DNA of 64,000 nucleotides from NCBI GenBank assembly GCA_965249485.1, contig OZ252239.1:2144001-2208000 (forward strand), written 5' to 3'. The DNA is from a bacterium (GTDB lineage: Bacteria > SM23-31). Below, piece after piece: positions 49,956-59,596 of the stretch; positions within the stretch are counted from its first letter, which is position 1, and each line of letters starts with the position of its first letter. The position numbers were made by a program, and so were the translations under genes. The notes beneath the pieces were generated by a model. That model was not told the DNA's origin and did no database searches. It saw nothing but the letters and a program-made list of their open reading frames with translations.

Positions 49956-50522
49956 ATGAAATTTGGTTTTCGAGAAAAAATTATTGTAGCCGGTTCTTTG
50001 CTGGTTTTAATTGTTGTAGGCTGGTATATGTTATATTATGGGCCAAAAAATGATGAAATCACACAAATCCAGGCAGAAATTCAGAATATTCAGCGATCGA
50101 TTGCATCGGTCAATGTGACACCGGCAATGATCGATTCTTTAAGAAATGAAGTACAGCGGCTTCAGGAAGAAGCGCGGAGCAGTATGGCGTTATCAGTAGA
50201 TCCTGACAGCTTATTGTATGTGCAAAATATAATAACATCCAAAATAATCGAATATGATCTCGAACGGATAGGCCCGATCAAACCGAATATAGAAAAACTT
50301 TTTGCTGAAAGTGCTCAGGACTCTTTGGAAGTCCAAACAGGTATTCGGCCGGTTGATATTGAACTCTTGCTGAGAGGGACATTTTATAATCTTGTAGAAT
50401 TTCTGGATAGCTTTTCTGATTTTCCTTTTTTGATACGGGCAAGTGAAGTCAATGTTGATACCGATGATGCTACGTATCCTGATCTATTGATTCGTTTGAA
50501 AATTTTTGTTTTCTTTGGTTAA
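49956..50522 (+). CDS. pilO: PilO-like protein
   Basis: REK + TM + coiled coil; RPVDIELLLRGTFYNLVEFLDS. Confidence 0.8.
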   Translation: MKFGFREKIIVAGSLLVLIVVGWYMLYYGPKNDEITQIQAEIQNIQRSIASVNVTPAMIDSLRNEVQRLQEEARSSMALSVDPDSLLYVQNIITSKIIEYDLERIGPIKPNIEKLFAESAQDSLEVQTGIRPVDIELLLRGTFYNLVEFLDSFSDFPFLIRASEVNVDTDDATYPDLLIRLKIFVFFG

Positions 50523-50526
50523 TATC

Positions 50527-51033
50527 ATGGCTGATATAACGACACGACAAAAAATAATGTTAATAGTTCTCGTATTATCACTCGGGTATTTAGTTATACC
50601 TTATGTATCTGAAGACACCGGAGTCCCCCCTGCTTCGACTCCTACACAAGTCAGTGCTCCGGTTAGCAGGGCTCAACAAGCACAACTACAACAGTCCCCA
50701 ACACCAAGACCGATTGCTCCGCAGCAGCAAATGCAATCCGGATTCTCAGAAAGAGAAAAGACAGGAGAATATGCCTCATTTTTATTGGATCTGGAAGTGA
50801 AAAAAGATCCTTTTTACCGTGCGCCGAAAATCGTTGAGGATGTTGTGGATTCACAACCGGATAATAGGTTAGCAAATTTCACTTTGACTGGTACTGCAGA
50901 AGGTTCTACTGCAATTATCAATAGTAATTTTTACGGAATAGGTGAAGAAATTGACGGATTAGAAATTTTAGAAATATATTTAGACCGTGTAATATTAGAA
51001 GACGATGACGGTATTAAATATACTTTACGATAG
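50527..51033 (+). CDS. PilP/MshK-like protein
   Basis: TM, Pro/Gln linker, KKDPF, LTG..AIIN..GEEIDG..I..DRVIL; lies between pilO and the secretin. Confidence 0.7.
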   Translation: MADITTRQKIMLIVLVLSLGYLVIPYVSEDTGVPPASTPTQVSAPVSRAQQAQLQQSPTPRPIAPQQQMQSGFSEREKTGEYASFLLDLEVKKDPFYRAPKIVEDVVDSQPDNRLANFTLTGTAEGSTAIINSNFYGIGEEIDGLEILEIYLDRVILEDDDGIKYTLR

Positions 51034-51043
51034 GAGGTTTTCT

Positions 51044-52930
51044 GTGAAACGAGTAAATTGTTTAATACTCATACCGATACTTATGAGTCTCACCGCATTC
51101 AATGTGCATGCACAGCTCAACAGTGTCACGGGTGTGTCTGTTTCTGAGGAAGGATCTGTCACCACTGTTGCCATTCAGGGTCAGACAGAACTGAAATTCA
51201 GACATTTTGTACTTGAAGGCACTGAACCGGGGATCATTCAAAAAATAGTCATTGACATCGAGGGTGCCCGGTATAATATAGCAGGAAAAATGCAGGAATA
51301 TTCCCGGGGACCCGTAGCACGGGTGCGTTCAAGCCAGTTTCTGGAGAATCCTCCTATGGTCAGGGTAGTAACGGATCTTAGAGTACCGGCAACTGTTCGA
51401 GTTGAGAAATCGGACACAAATGTACTCCTTACATTATCAAATTATCTATATGAAGAACCGGCTCCTATAGTAGTGGTTGAACCGATCACTGTTGGTGAAG
51501 AACCGCTGAAAGAAGAAGATAAGCAGCTGATCAGACTTAATCTCAAAGGAGCGACATTAGGGCACGCTTTAGAACTCTTTCAACGAGTCTATGGTATGAA
51601 TATACTTGTAGCAAAATCGGTTGCAAAAGATGATCTGATTGATGTATTCCTGACCGATGAATTTAATAAAGAGAGTCTTTTTGAGTCTATACTCATCGCG
51701 AACGGGTATAAATTTGTCAAAAAACAAAACCTCTATATTGTTCTTGGTCAGGAAATAACCATAGATGACGAGATACAGATGGAAATATTTAAGCTGGAAT
51801 ATATAAATGCCGTTGATATTCTTGAAAACCTCGAAGCGATTATATCGGAAGTAGGGGCTGTTCAGGTTGTAAGCCGCAGTCCTATGGGCAATTCAGATAT
51901 TACCGTACCAAGCGGAGGAGGTGGTGGAGGTGCGGCGGGTGGTGCTGCCGGCGGAGGCGGTGGTAGTCCTCTTGAGGGAGTTGAAACAATTGTTGGAGAA
52001 GCTGTGGGAGATGGACGCTCGGATATGTTGATTGTAGTTGACAGACCCGGAAATTTAGAGCGGATAAGAACAATTATCAGGACGCTCGATGTGCCTGTTC
52101 CCCAGGTTCATATTACCGTCAAAGTTGTCGAAACTCAGCTTGGTGAAGACGAAAATTGGGGATTGAACTGGCAATCAATTTTCGAAGTAGTTGGTGCTGG
52201 TGGGAAGGCAACGGGAGTAAGCGCTGCAGGAGGAGGAGCTGGTGGAGCTGGTGGTACGGAAGTTGAAGGTTTGGGTATGAAAATCGGTAATTTTAAGGCT
52301 GGAACGCTTTCACTGGCCCAGTTTAAGGTAGCATTAAGTCTCCTTGAACAGCGAAAGGATTCAAAGCTGCTCAATCAACCGAGTATCACAACAATGGATA
52401 ACCAGCAGGCTACCATTGCACTTGGAACCACCATCCCTATTGAGGTTACACAAATTGGTGGTGCGGCTGGTGCTGCCGGAGGAGGTGCGGCTGGAGGTGG
52501 TGCTGGAGGTGGAGCAGCCGGCGGCGCTATCACGACTGTTCAACAGCAAAATATCGTTGTTGCACTGTCGGTAATTCCAAAAGTAAATGAGGATAAGTAT
52601 ATTACGCTCTGGGTGAAACCTGTTATTCAAGAAGTAACAGGATTTACCGGAAAAAATGCTGATCAACCTATAATATCTTCACGAACTGCTACAACCCAGG
52701 TCCGTGTAAGATCGGGAGAAGTTGTTTTGATTGGCGGATTAATTAAGGAAGATAATATCAAAACAGTTACGAAAGTAAAATTTTTCGGATCACTTCCCCT
52801 ACTGGGAAAATTCTTTACGCATAACAGGGTAGATAAAAAACGGAGCGAATTGGTTATCTTTATAGCTCCGGAAATTGTGCACATTGATCCGACAGTAGAC
52901 AATGTAGTGAACAATACGCTTCAAAGATAG
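51044..52930 (+). CDS. pilQ: Secretin with AMIN domain (PilQ-like)
   Basis: AGGAGG RBS + GTG; VRSSQF..VRVVTDL AMIN domain; LDVPVPQVHI, PSITTMDNQQA, SGEVVLIGGLI, ELVIFIAPEIV. Confidence 0.9.
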   Translation: MKRVNCLILIPILMSLTAFNVHAQLNSVTGVSVSEEGSVTTVAIQGQTELKFRHFVLEGTEPGIIQKIVIDIEGARYNIAGKMQEYSRGPVARVRSSQFLENPPMVRVVTDLRVPATVRVEKSDTNVLLTLSNYLYEEPAPIVVVEPITVGEEPLKEEDKQLIRLNLKGATLGHALELFQRVYGMNILVAKSVAKDDLIDVFLTDEFNKESLFESILIANGYKFVKKQNLYIVLGQEITIDDEIQMEIFKLEYINAVDILENLEAIISEVGAVQVVSRSPMGNSDITVPSGGGGGGAAGGAAGGGGGSPLEGVETIVGEAVGDGRSDMLIVVDRPGNLERIRTIIRTLDVPVPQVHITVKVVETQLGEDENWGLNWQSIFEVVGAGGKATGVSAAGGGAGGAGGTEVEGLGMKIGNFKAGTLSLAQFKVALSLLEQRKDSKLLNQPSITTMDNQQATIALGTTIPIEVTQIGGAAGAAGGGAAGGGAGGGAAGGAITTVQQQNIVVALSVIPKVNEDKYITLWVKPVIQEVTGFTGKNADQPIISSRTATTQVRVRSGEVVLIGGLIKEDNIKTVTKVKFFGSLPLLGKFFTHNRVDKKRSELVIFIAPEIVHIDPTVDNVVNNTLQR

Positions 52931-52979
52931 TAATACAATAACAAGTAACGGATAACGTAAACTTAAGCCAAGAGGCATA

Positions 52980-54058
52980 ATGAATCTCAATCAGCTCCTT
53001 AAATATGCGGTCGACAAAGAAGCATCCGACTTACATATTTCGGTTGGATATCCTCCAATGGTTAGGATCAACGGTGAATTAAGAAAGATCGATCTTCCTA
53101 TTCTGAAAAAATCCGAAGTTGCGAAGATGATTTATGATGTATTTGATTCGGATCAGAAGCACCATTATGATCAGTATTATGAGATAGATTTTGCGTACCA
53201 GATCGATAAGATTGGTCGATTCAGATCGAATATTTATACAACAATAAATGGTGTTGCTGCAGCATTCCGTGTTATTCCGAGCAAAATAAGGACACTGAAG
53301 GAAATCGGAGCACCGGAAGGAGTGTACAGCCTGGCCAGATATGAAAAGGGATTGATTCTCGTTACGGGTCCGACAGGATCAGGGAAATCAACTACCCTTG
53401 CAGCCATGCTTGATTTAGTAAATAGTGAACGGAAAAATCATATTATTACAATTGAAGACCCCATAGAATATATTCACACTGGTAAAAGCTGCTTAATAAA
53501 CCAGCGTGAAATTGGTGCGCATACAAAAAGTTTTGCAGCTGCGCTCCGCAGCGCTCTCCGCGAAGATCCAGATGTTGTGCTGGTTGGTGAGATGAGAGAC
53601 TTGGAAACAATATCGCTTGCGGTCACCGCAGCAGAGACAGGCCATCTTGTATTCGGTACACTTCATACTGGCAACGCTCCCGAAACAGTTGATAGGGTCA
53701 TCGATGTGTTTCCTGCTGATCAGCAAAATCAAATTCGGGCTATGTTCTCGAGCACACTGCAGGGTGTCATTGCACAAAAATTGATAGTTTCGAAAGATAC
53801 AAAAAGCAGAACAGCTGTTATGGAAGTTTTGATCGCATCGAATGCCATCAGAAATCTGATTCGTGAGCACAAAGTACATCAAATGAGCACGGTATTACAA
53901 ACAAGTGTCGAATCGGTATGCAGACAATGGATCAGGCGCTCATGGCACTTTTGAATAATAACAAAATCGATAAAAAGACAGCAGTTACGCACGCATTGGA
54001 AAAAAAGCCGTTCGAGGAGTGGAAGGGGTCAGCGCGGGATATTTTGCACCGCGGTTAA
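52980..54058 (+). pseudogene. pilT: PilT retraction ATPase with -1 frameshift near its C-terminus
   Basis: GPTGSGKSTT, LREDPDVVLVGEMRD, AIRNLIRE. Adding one base near 53914 restores GMQTMDQAL..ILHRG* ending at 54058. Confidence 0.88.
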
Positions 54059-54119
54059 ATCATAAGCTTTCGGTCAACTACTTCTCTGGAGGGCGAATGA
54101 TTTCAGGGAAGAGGAAACG

Positions 54120-57100
54120 ATGGACATGGACTATTTTAAAACTGTATACAGAATCGGGGGAAGATGTGCATTAGCACTCCTTCTAACACTCTTTTATTTC
54201 TGCGAAAAGCAGGGGTTAATCGATCCAGTATCAGAAGAACGAAGCAAGCAAATACGCATTTCAGAATTTGAAAGCACCAGCGGAAACATTATTGCCGGTG
54301 GCGCAACTTCTGAAATCAGCCTGATACTCTTAGATGGAACAGGAGCGCCCGTCAATGAAGGAATTGTTTCTTTCAGCGCGCTCATAGGATCGGTCACTCC
54401 GGTAGACACAACCGACAATAAGGGGATTGCCCTTGCTCTTTACACCAGTGGAACGATATCAGGTTCAGATACGGTTACTGCTCTTTTTGATAATGCTCCT
54501 GATACCGTTGTCACGAGCCAGATTATCTTAACAATTCTACCTCAATTATCAATTTCCATTAGCGCTAATCCTACAGAAATACCAGCAAACGGGACAAGCA
54601 GTTCTGAACTCACTGCAATTGTCAAAAATGAGCTTAATAATCCAATTGAAAATGCAGAAATTACGTTCACTACTGATCTCGGAAGAATCCCCGCATCATC
54701 AGTGACCGATGAATTTGGTGTTGCAACAATCAGTCTTTTTGCGGACCGAACCGACGGTATTGCAACGGTAACCGCTACTTATCAGGAAATATCAGTAACA
54801 ACGAAAGTGAAATTTGCTGGTACTCAACTCATAATCACATCAAATCCTGCTGCTGTCGTTGCAGATGGAGTTTCAACCTCGGTTATTGAAGTGACAATAA
54901 AAGATGGATCAGAACTGCCAATTGAAGCTGCAGAAATTGTTTTAACCACCGATGTCGGTACATTTAGCAATGGTTCTGCAACGATAACGGGTATAACCGA
55001 TGTGAATGGAGTATTTGTCGATTCACTCAAAAGTGACGTTAATGAAATCGCGACAATTAGGGCATCTGGAGTTGGAACCGAATCATCTACTACGGTATCA
55101 TTTACAAACTTTATAACAACGTTAACGGCTGATGGTGCTTCAATTATTGCTGGTGATTCAATCCGACTTGTGTTTTTGATAACCGAAATAGATGGAACCC
55201 CCGCTGAAGGGTTGCAGGTGCTCTTTTTTACAACACTTGGTGATGTCGTGCCGAGCAATGGAGTAACCGGGAGTGATGGGAAAGCAGAAACAAAATTGAC
55301 GAGTACATTGGGCGGCACAGCAACGGTCACTGCTCAGGTTACGGGCAGTTCGATCACACCGGATGCGCCATCAGTAATGGTACAAATTGAATCGGCGCCC
55401 CCTGCAAATGTGCGTCTGTTTGTTGATCCGGTTGTAATCCCGGTTAATGGTGGACAGACAAATTTAACAGCAATTGTGACTGATGAAAGTGGGAATCCTG
55501 TACCGGAGCAAACGGTCAGTTTTAAAGTTCTTCAAGGACCCGGAGGCGGCGAATCGGTAGATCCACCATTTTCAGTAACCGATGAGACCGGTACAGCCAG
55601 GTCAGTATTTCAGGCCGGCTCGATTGGAAGCGAAAGCATCAATAGTGTCGTTGTAAATGCGACAATTCAGGGGACATCATTATCAGATGATGCGCAGTTT
55701 ACTATAGCAGGAGAACCAAAATCGATCAAAACGAGTCCTTCACCGCCCCCGACTGATAATCAGGACGGAACATTTTCTCTCGCAATAGGCTCGATTGTCT
55801 CGGATATTAACGGAAATCCTGTGAATGTCGGTACACTAATCCATTTTTCAACCAATCCTCCGATCGGAGTAATTATAAGCCCTATTGCAACAGCAGCTGG
55901 ATTAGCAACAACAAATCTTGTCTATCCGAACGATGCGGCAGGTAGCGCCGTAACAATAGTTGCAACAAGTGGTGAAATTACCGATACACTTGCAATCAGT
56001 CAGCTTCCGACAGCCGGAGTGGCAGGTTTTGTCGACAGTATTCGGGTAATCGGTGCTCCGTCTGGAAGCGTCATTGCTGATGGACAGACGAGCACTAATT
56101 TTGAAGTCATTGTTATCGATCCTACAAAAAATCCTGTTGCCGGAGTCATCGTAAATTTTTCTTCAGCTCCTGGTAATTCGGGATCGGGATTAACAGAGGA
56201 ACAGACTTTAGCTGATGGAACTCAAAATCCAAACTGGGGAGTAGCTTCTCTTAGTATTAGAAGCATATCTCTGAAAGAAGATGTTTATCCTGAAATCAAT
56301 ATCGAAGCCGGTGGTAAGAATATTACGTTTCAAAAAAATAATATTCCGGATCCCGGAAATCCTTTCTTCTTCAGAGGTATTACCATAAATGCCACTGTAA
56401 ATAAAGATACAATCATTGTTGGTGAATCGATCAATGTAAGAACGATACTCAAAGAAACGACAAGTAATGTTGCACTTTCCGATCGTTCTCTTACATTTGG
56501 CGCCAGTTTAGGACTGATGACCAACTTAGGAGATACTGACTCACGAGGAGAAATTAACACAACATTCGAAGCAGGAATAGATACGGGTTTGGCTTTGATA
56601 ACCACAACATTCGGCACCAATATTATTGACAGTGTTTTTGTCTATATAACAGAAGAAGATCCGTCTCCAAAAGCAAATATATTTCTTACAGCTGATACAT
56701 CGTTTGTCAATGTTCAGAACTCTGAAGGTTTAACCAGCACCATAATTACTGCCCGAATAACTGATGCCAGTAATGATCCGGTTCAAAGTGTTTCGATGCA
56801 GTTGACAACTTCTCTTGGAAATTTCTTCGTCGAAACTACCCCGGGTAATTTCACACTTCTTCCGACAGTCACACTTGATACCGATGCCCTGGGTGAAGTC
56901 AAAGCGACACTCCTTGGAGGGCCGGATGCCGGAGTTGCAACCATAACGGCTTCCGGTGGCGGTGTTACCGTATCAAAAGCACTCGTTACCGTTCAAGCAG
57001 GGCTTCCTGAAAACATTGTTGTTTCAACCGATACACTTGGTGCCTTATCTGTAGGAAATTTTCTGCAAATCGATGTTGTTGCTCTGGTTACAGATGCAAA

Positions 57101-57332
57101 CGGGAATCCGGTTGCAACCGGAACTCCAGTGTTGTTCAGTGCCGAATTTGACGGTTCTGGTGATGAACCGATTGTTACAATTGTAGCAAGTGGTTCGACA
57201 GATGCATTTGGTATTGCCACTTCAACTTTGACCTATACAGTCTCGGATATTAGTCTGGGAATTCGGATACGTGCAACGGTGTCGGGCGTAACGGTAACTA
57301 AAGATTTGAAACTACCAATCATAGAACCATAG
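54120..57332 (+). CDS. Large Ig-like (Big_1/invasin-type) repeat protein, probable lipoprotein
   Basis: Hydrophobic stretch ending LFYFC; about 10 Thr/Val-rich ~100-aa repeats with A(D/N)G.S.S...V.D..GNPV and TD..G.A motifs. Confidence 0.85.
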   Translation: MDMDYFKTVYRIGGRCALALLLTLFYFCEKQGLIDPVSEERSKQIRISEFESTSGNIIAGGATSEISLILLDGTGAPVNEGIVSFSALIGSVTPVDTTDNKGIALALYTSGTISGSDTVTALFDNAPDTVVTSQIILTILPQLSISISANPTEIPANGTSSSELTAIVKNELNNPIENAEITFTTDLGRIPASSVTDEFGVATISLFADRTDGIATVTATYQEISVTTKVKFAGTQLIITSNPAAVVADGVSTSVIEVTIKDGSELPIEAAEIVLTTDVGTFSNGSATITGITDVNGVFVDSLKSDVNEIATIRASGVGTESSTTVSFTNFITTLTADGASIIAGDSIRLVFLITEIDGTPAEGLQVLFFTTLGDVVPSNGVTGSDGKAETKLTSTLGGTATVTAQVTGSSITPDAPSVMVQIESAPPANVRLFVDPVVIPVNGGQTNLTAIVTDESGNPVPEQTVSFKVLQGPGGGESVDPPFSVTDETGTARSVFQAGSIGSESINSVVVNATIQGTSLSDDAQFTIAGEPKSIKTSPSPPPTDNQDGTFSLAIGSIVSDINGNPVNVGTLIHFSTNPPIGVIISPIATAAGLATTNLVYPNDAAGSAVTIVATSGEITDTLAISQLPTAGVAGFVDSIRVIGAPSGSVIADGQTSTNFEVIVIDPTKNPVAGVIVNFSSAPGNSGSGLTEEQTLADGTQNPNWGVASLSIRSISLKEDVYPEINIEAGGKNITFQKNNIPDPGNPFFFRGITINATVNKDTIIVGESINVRTILKETTSNVALSDRSLTFGASLGLMTNLGDTDSRGEINTTFEAGIDTGLALITTTFGTNIIDSVFVYITEEDPSPKANIFLTADTSFVNVQNSEGLTSTIITARITDASNDPVQSVSMQLTTSLGNFFVETTPGNFTLLPTVTLDTDALGEVKATLLGGPDAGVATITASGGGVTVSKALVTVQAGLPENIVVSTDTLGALSVGNFLQIDVVALVTDANGNPVATGTPVLFSAEFDGSGDEPIVTIVASGSTDAFGIATSTLTYTVSDISLGIRIRATVSGVTVTKDLKLPIIEP

Positions 57333-57344
57333 AATGGTGATAGC

Positions 57345-58079
57345 ATGGCGGGAATAAAACCGCTAAAAATCGTGTATCTTATATGTGTGCCGATTGTAAT
57401 CGGCCTCATTTCCCCAGTACCGGGGAAATCACAGTCCATGGGGAATCCTGCTGTTTTACAGCAGAGAATGTGGAGTGTAGGCTTGGCCGCCGAATTTAGC
57501 AGATATGAGATGGAAGGCCACGAATATGAGATAACACGAGGTCTCACAAAAGTAGATTTTTCTGTCTACAAGAATGTCGACCTTGCACTGTTGCTTGGTA
57601 TGGGCACGATGGATATCATGTATCCTGAAAACAAGCGACTCACCGATTTTAATGGGAGAAATTCGTTTGCAGTCGGAGGGTCCTTGAAATTGGTTAGTGA
57701 CGTTCCCGGATTGCCGATGCTTAAACTTTTCGGCGAGGGGGGAGGACTCCGTCAGAGTCCAGTCGGTGATGTGAGTTCGAATTCAACAACCGATCCCGGA
57801 GATTTTCACCTTAAGTTTCGTTGGTATGAGTTATGGAGTAGCGCTGGCGCACTGCTCAAGAAAAAATCTTTCGATTTCTATGTTGGATATCAAGGGCGTG
57901 TGAACAGACAGGTAGAATCGATTACACATGAGAACTTTGAGTCAGGTTTGTTATCAAATATTATCGCAGGCATTGATTTTCATCTCCCTCAGCAATTTGT
58001 TGTAAATATTCATTTTAGTACAGGTAACGGTTCGGCGGCCTCAATCGGAATCAGTCAGTCAGGAATTCTTTCACGTTAG
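57345..58079 (+). CDS. Hypothetical protein, predicted small outer-membrane beta-barrel
   Basis: Signal peptide; alternating amphipathic strands (WSVGLAAEF, FAVGGSLKL, FDFYVGY, IIAGIDF). Confidence 0.55.
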   Translation: MAGIKPLKIVYLICVPIVIGLISPVPGKSQSMGNPAVLQQRMWSVGLAAEFSRYEMEGHEYEITRGLTKVDFSVYKNVDLALLLGMGTMDIMYPENKRLTDFNGRNSFAVGGSLKLVSDVPGLPMLKLFGEGGGLRQSPVGDVSSNSTTDPGDFHLKFRWYELWSSAGALLKKKSFDFYVGYQGRVNRQVESITHENFESGLLSNIIAGIDFHLPQQFVVNIHFSTGNGSAASIGISQSGILSR

Positions 58080-58088
58080 GAGGTGTGC

Positions 58089-59447
58089 ATGAAATCCTTT
58101 AGAATCATAGCACTCATTCCGTTGTTGGCATGTTTTATTAATGCTGCAGGAACCGTACAAGCTCAGGACCCGGTTGCGTATGACCAGATCTCATTTCTTG
58201 CTGAAAAAACCGGTTTTGGAGCGCGGGCAATCGGATTAGGAGGGGCTTATCTCGCTGTTGCAGATGATTATTCGGCTATTCATTGGAATCCTGCCGGACT
58301 CGGTATGTTAACAAATAATCAGGTGTTTGCCTCATTGTCGCATAACAATAGAGGTATTGATACTCAATTTCTCAATGTACCTGGTAACAACGCCCAGTCA
58401 AAGACCGCTTTTGATGCACTTGGTTTTGTATATTCGGTTGATGTGTACCAGGGTAGCTTGGTATTTGCAGGTGGCTTCAATAGAGTCCAAAATTTTAATT
58501 CGTTTTTTGGGTATAGAGCGTTTAATTCTGGAGAAACCTACATAAGATCGGTATACAACGAGCCGTTTATTCCAAGTGATATTACACAGGATGAAACAAT
58601 AGAAATCGAAGGAAGTGTTTCGCAATTTTCAGTCGCTGGTGCTTATGAAGCTGCCGAAAACTTATTTCTCGGTCTCACATTGAATATATGGGCGGGTGAT
58701 AACAACCATGATCAGCTTTTTGCTGAACTGGATGTTGATGAATTGCACGAAGTAACACCTAACGATGTATTTGCCTTTCAGGAAAACCGAATATTTAATA
58801 CCGATATAGGAGGTCTGGACGCTCTGTTCGGTATTTTCTTTTTACCTGTACCGGAAGTTCGCCTTGGACTTACCATTAACTCTCCTCGCTACTTGGTTCT
58901 CAATGAAGATTGGAAAACTTCTCAAATTCTTGATTTTGATAACGGTGATAATGATGTAGCTGAGAGTCAAGGATCATTTGAATACGAAGTGAAGCTTCCA
59001 TTTGAATTCGGTATAGGCGCTTCTTATGATTTTACTGCCGGTATTATAACGGGTGATATACGATATACCGATTGGTCTCAAATGCGCTTTCTTAGCGACA
59101 CACCGCTTGAAGGATTGACGAAGAGTTTAGCAAACAGGAATATCAAGCAGACAGTCGAAGGCGTGTTGAGCCCAAAAGTAGGTCTGGAAATTAATGCTGG
59201 TGAAAAAGTCAGCTTACGTACTGGGTTTTCGCTTACTCCGTCACCATTAAAAGATGCGGATAGCAAAAATGATCGGAAAGATTTTTCATTAGGAGCCGGA
59301 ATAGCACTGAGTGATATGGCGGTTTTAGATATTGCTTACAGGAGAAGCTGGTGGGAGTCAGTAACGGTGAGTAGCTTTAATGGTATTCCCGTGAGTGAGG
59401 AGCATGTTGATCAAAAGATTTTTACTTCTCTATCAATTAATTTTTAA
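58089..59447 (+). CDS. OmpP1/FadL-like outer-membrane protein
   Basis: GARAIGLGGAYLAVADDYSAIHWNPAGL; YTDWSQ; terminal Phe; AGGAGG RBS. Confidence 0.85.
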   Translation: MKSFRIIALIPLLACFINAAGTVQAQDPVAYDQISFLAEKTGFGARAIGLGGAYLAVADDYSAIHWNPAGLGMLTNNQVFASLSHNNRGIDTQFLNVPGNNAQSKTAFDALGFVYSVDVYQGSLVFAGGFNRVQNFNSFFGYRAFNSGETYIRSVYNEPFIPSDITQDETIEIEGSVSQFSVAGAYEAAENLFLGLTLNIWAGDNNHDQLFAELDVDELHEVTPNDVFAFQENRIFNTDIGGLDALFGIFFLPVPEVRLGLTINSPRYLVLNEDWKTSQILDFDNGDNDVAESQGSFEYEVKLPFEFGIGASYDFTAGIITGDIRYTDWSQMRFLSDTPLEGLTKSLANRNIKQTVEGVLSPKVGLEINAGEKVSLRTGFSLTPSPLKDADSKNDRKDFSLGAGIALSDMAVLDIAYRRSWWESVTVSSFNGIPVSEEHVDQKIFTSLSINF

Positions 59448-59483
59448 GTATTAAATAAATTTCTGTTTTGCGGTGATTAGTTC

Positions 59484-59519
59484 AAAGGCCGGGACACAGA
59501 TGTCTCGGCCTTTTTTTTT
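59484..59519 (+). terminator. Intrinsic terminator closing the pilus operon
   Basis: AAAGGCCGGGACA-caga-TGTCTCGGCC-T9. Confidence 0.9.
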
Positions 59520-59596
59520 ATTTTTAGTTGAAATTAACAAAAATGAATTGTTACTTCAACAATACTATATTAATTCATTTACCATGAGGATTAACT

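Noticed and set aside
41370..53920. Phase variation as the cause of the pilus-locus lesions
   Set aside because: The lesions are not in homopolymer or short tandem repeats, and two are substitutions.
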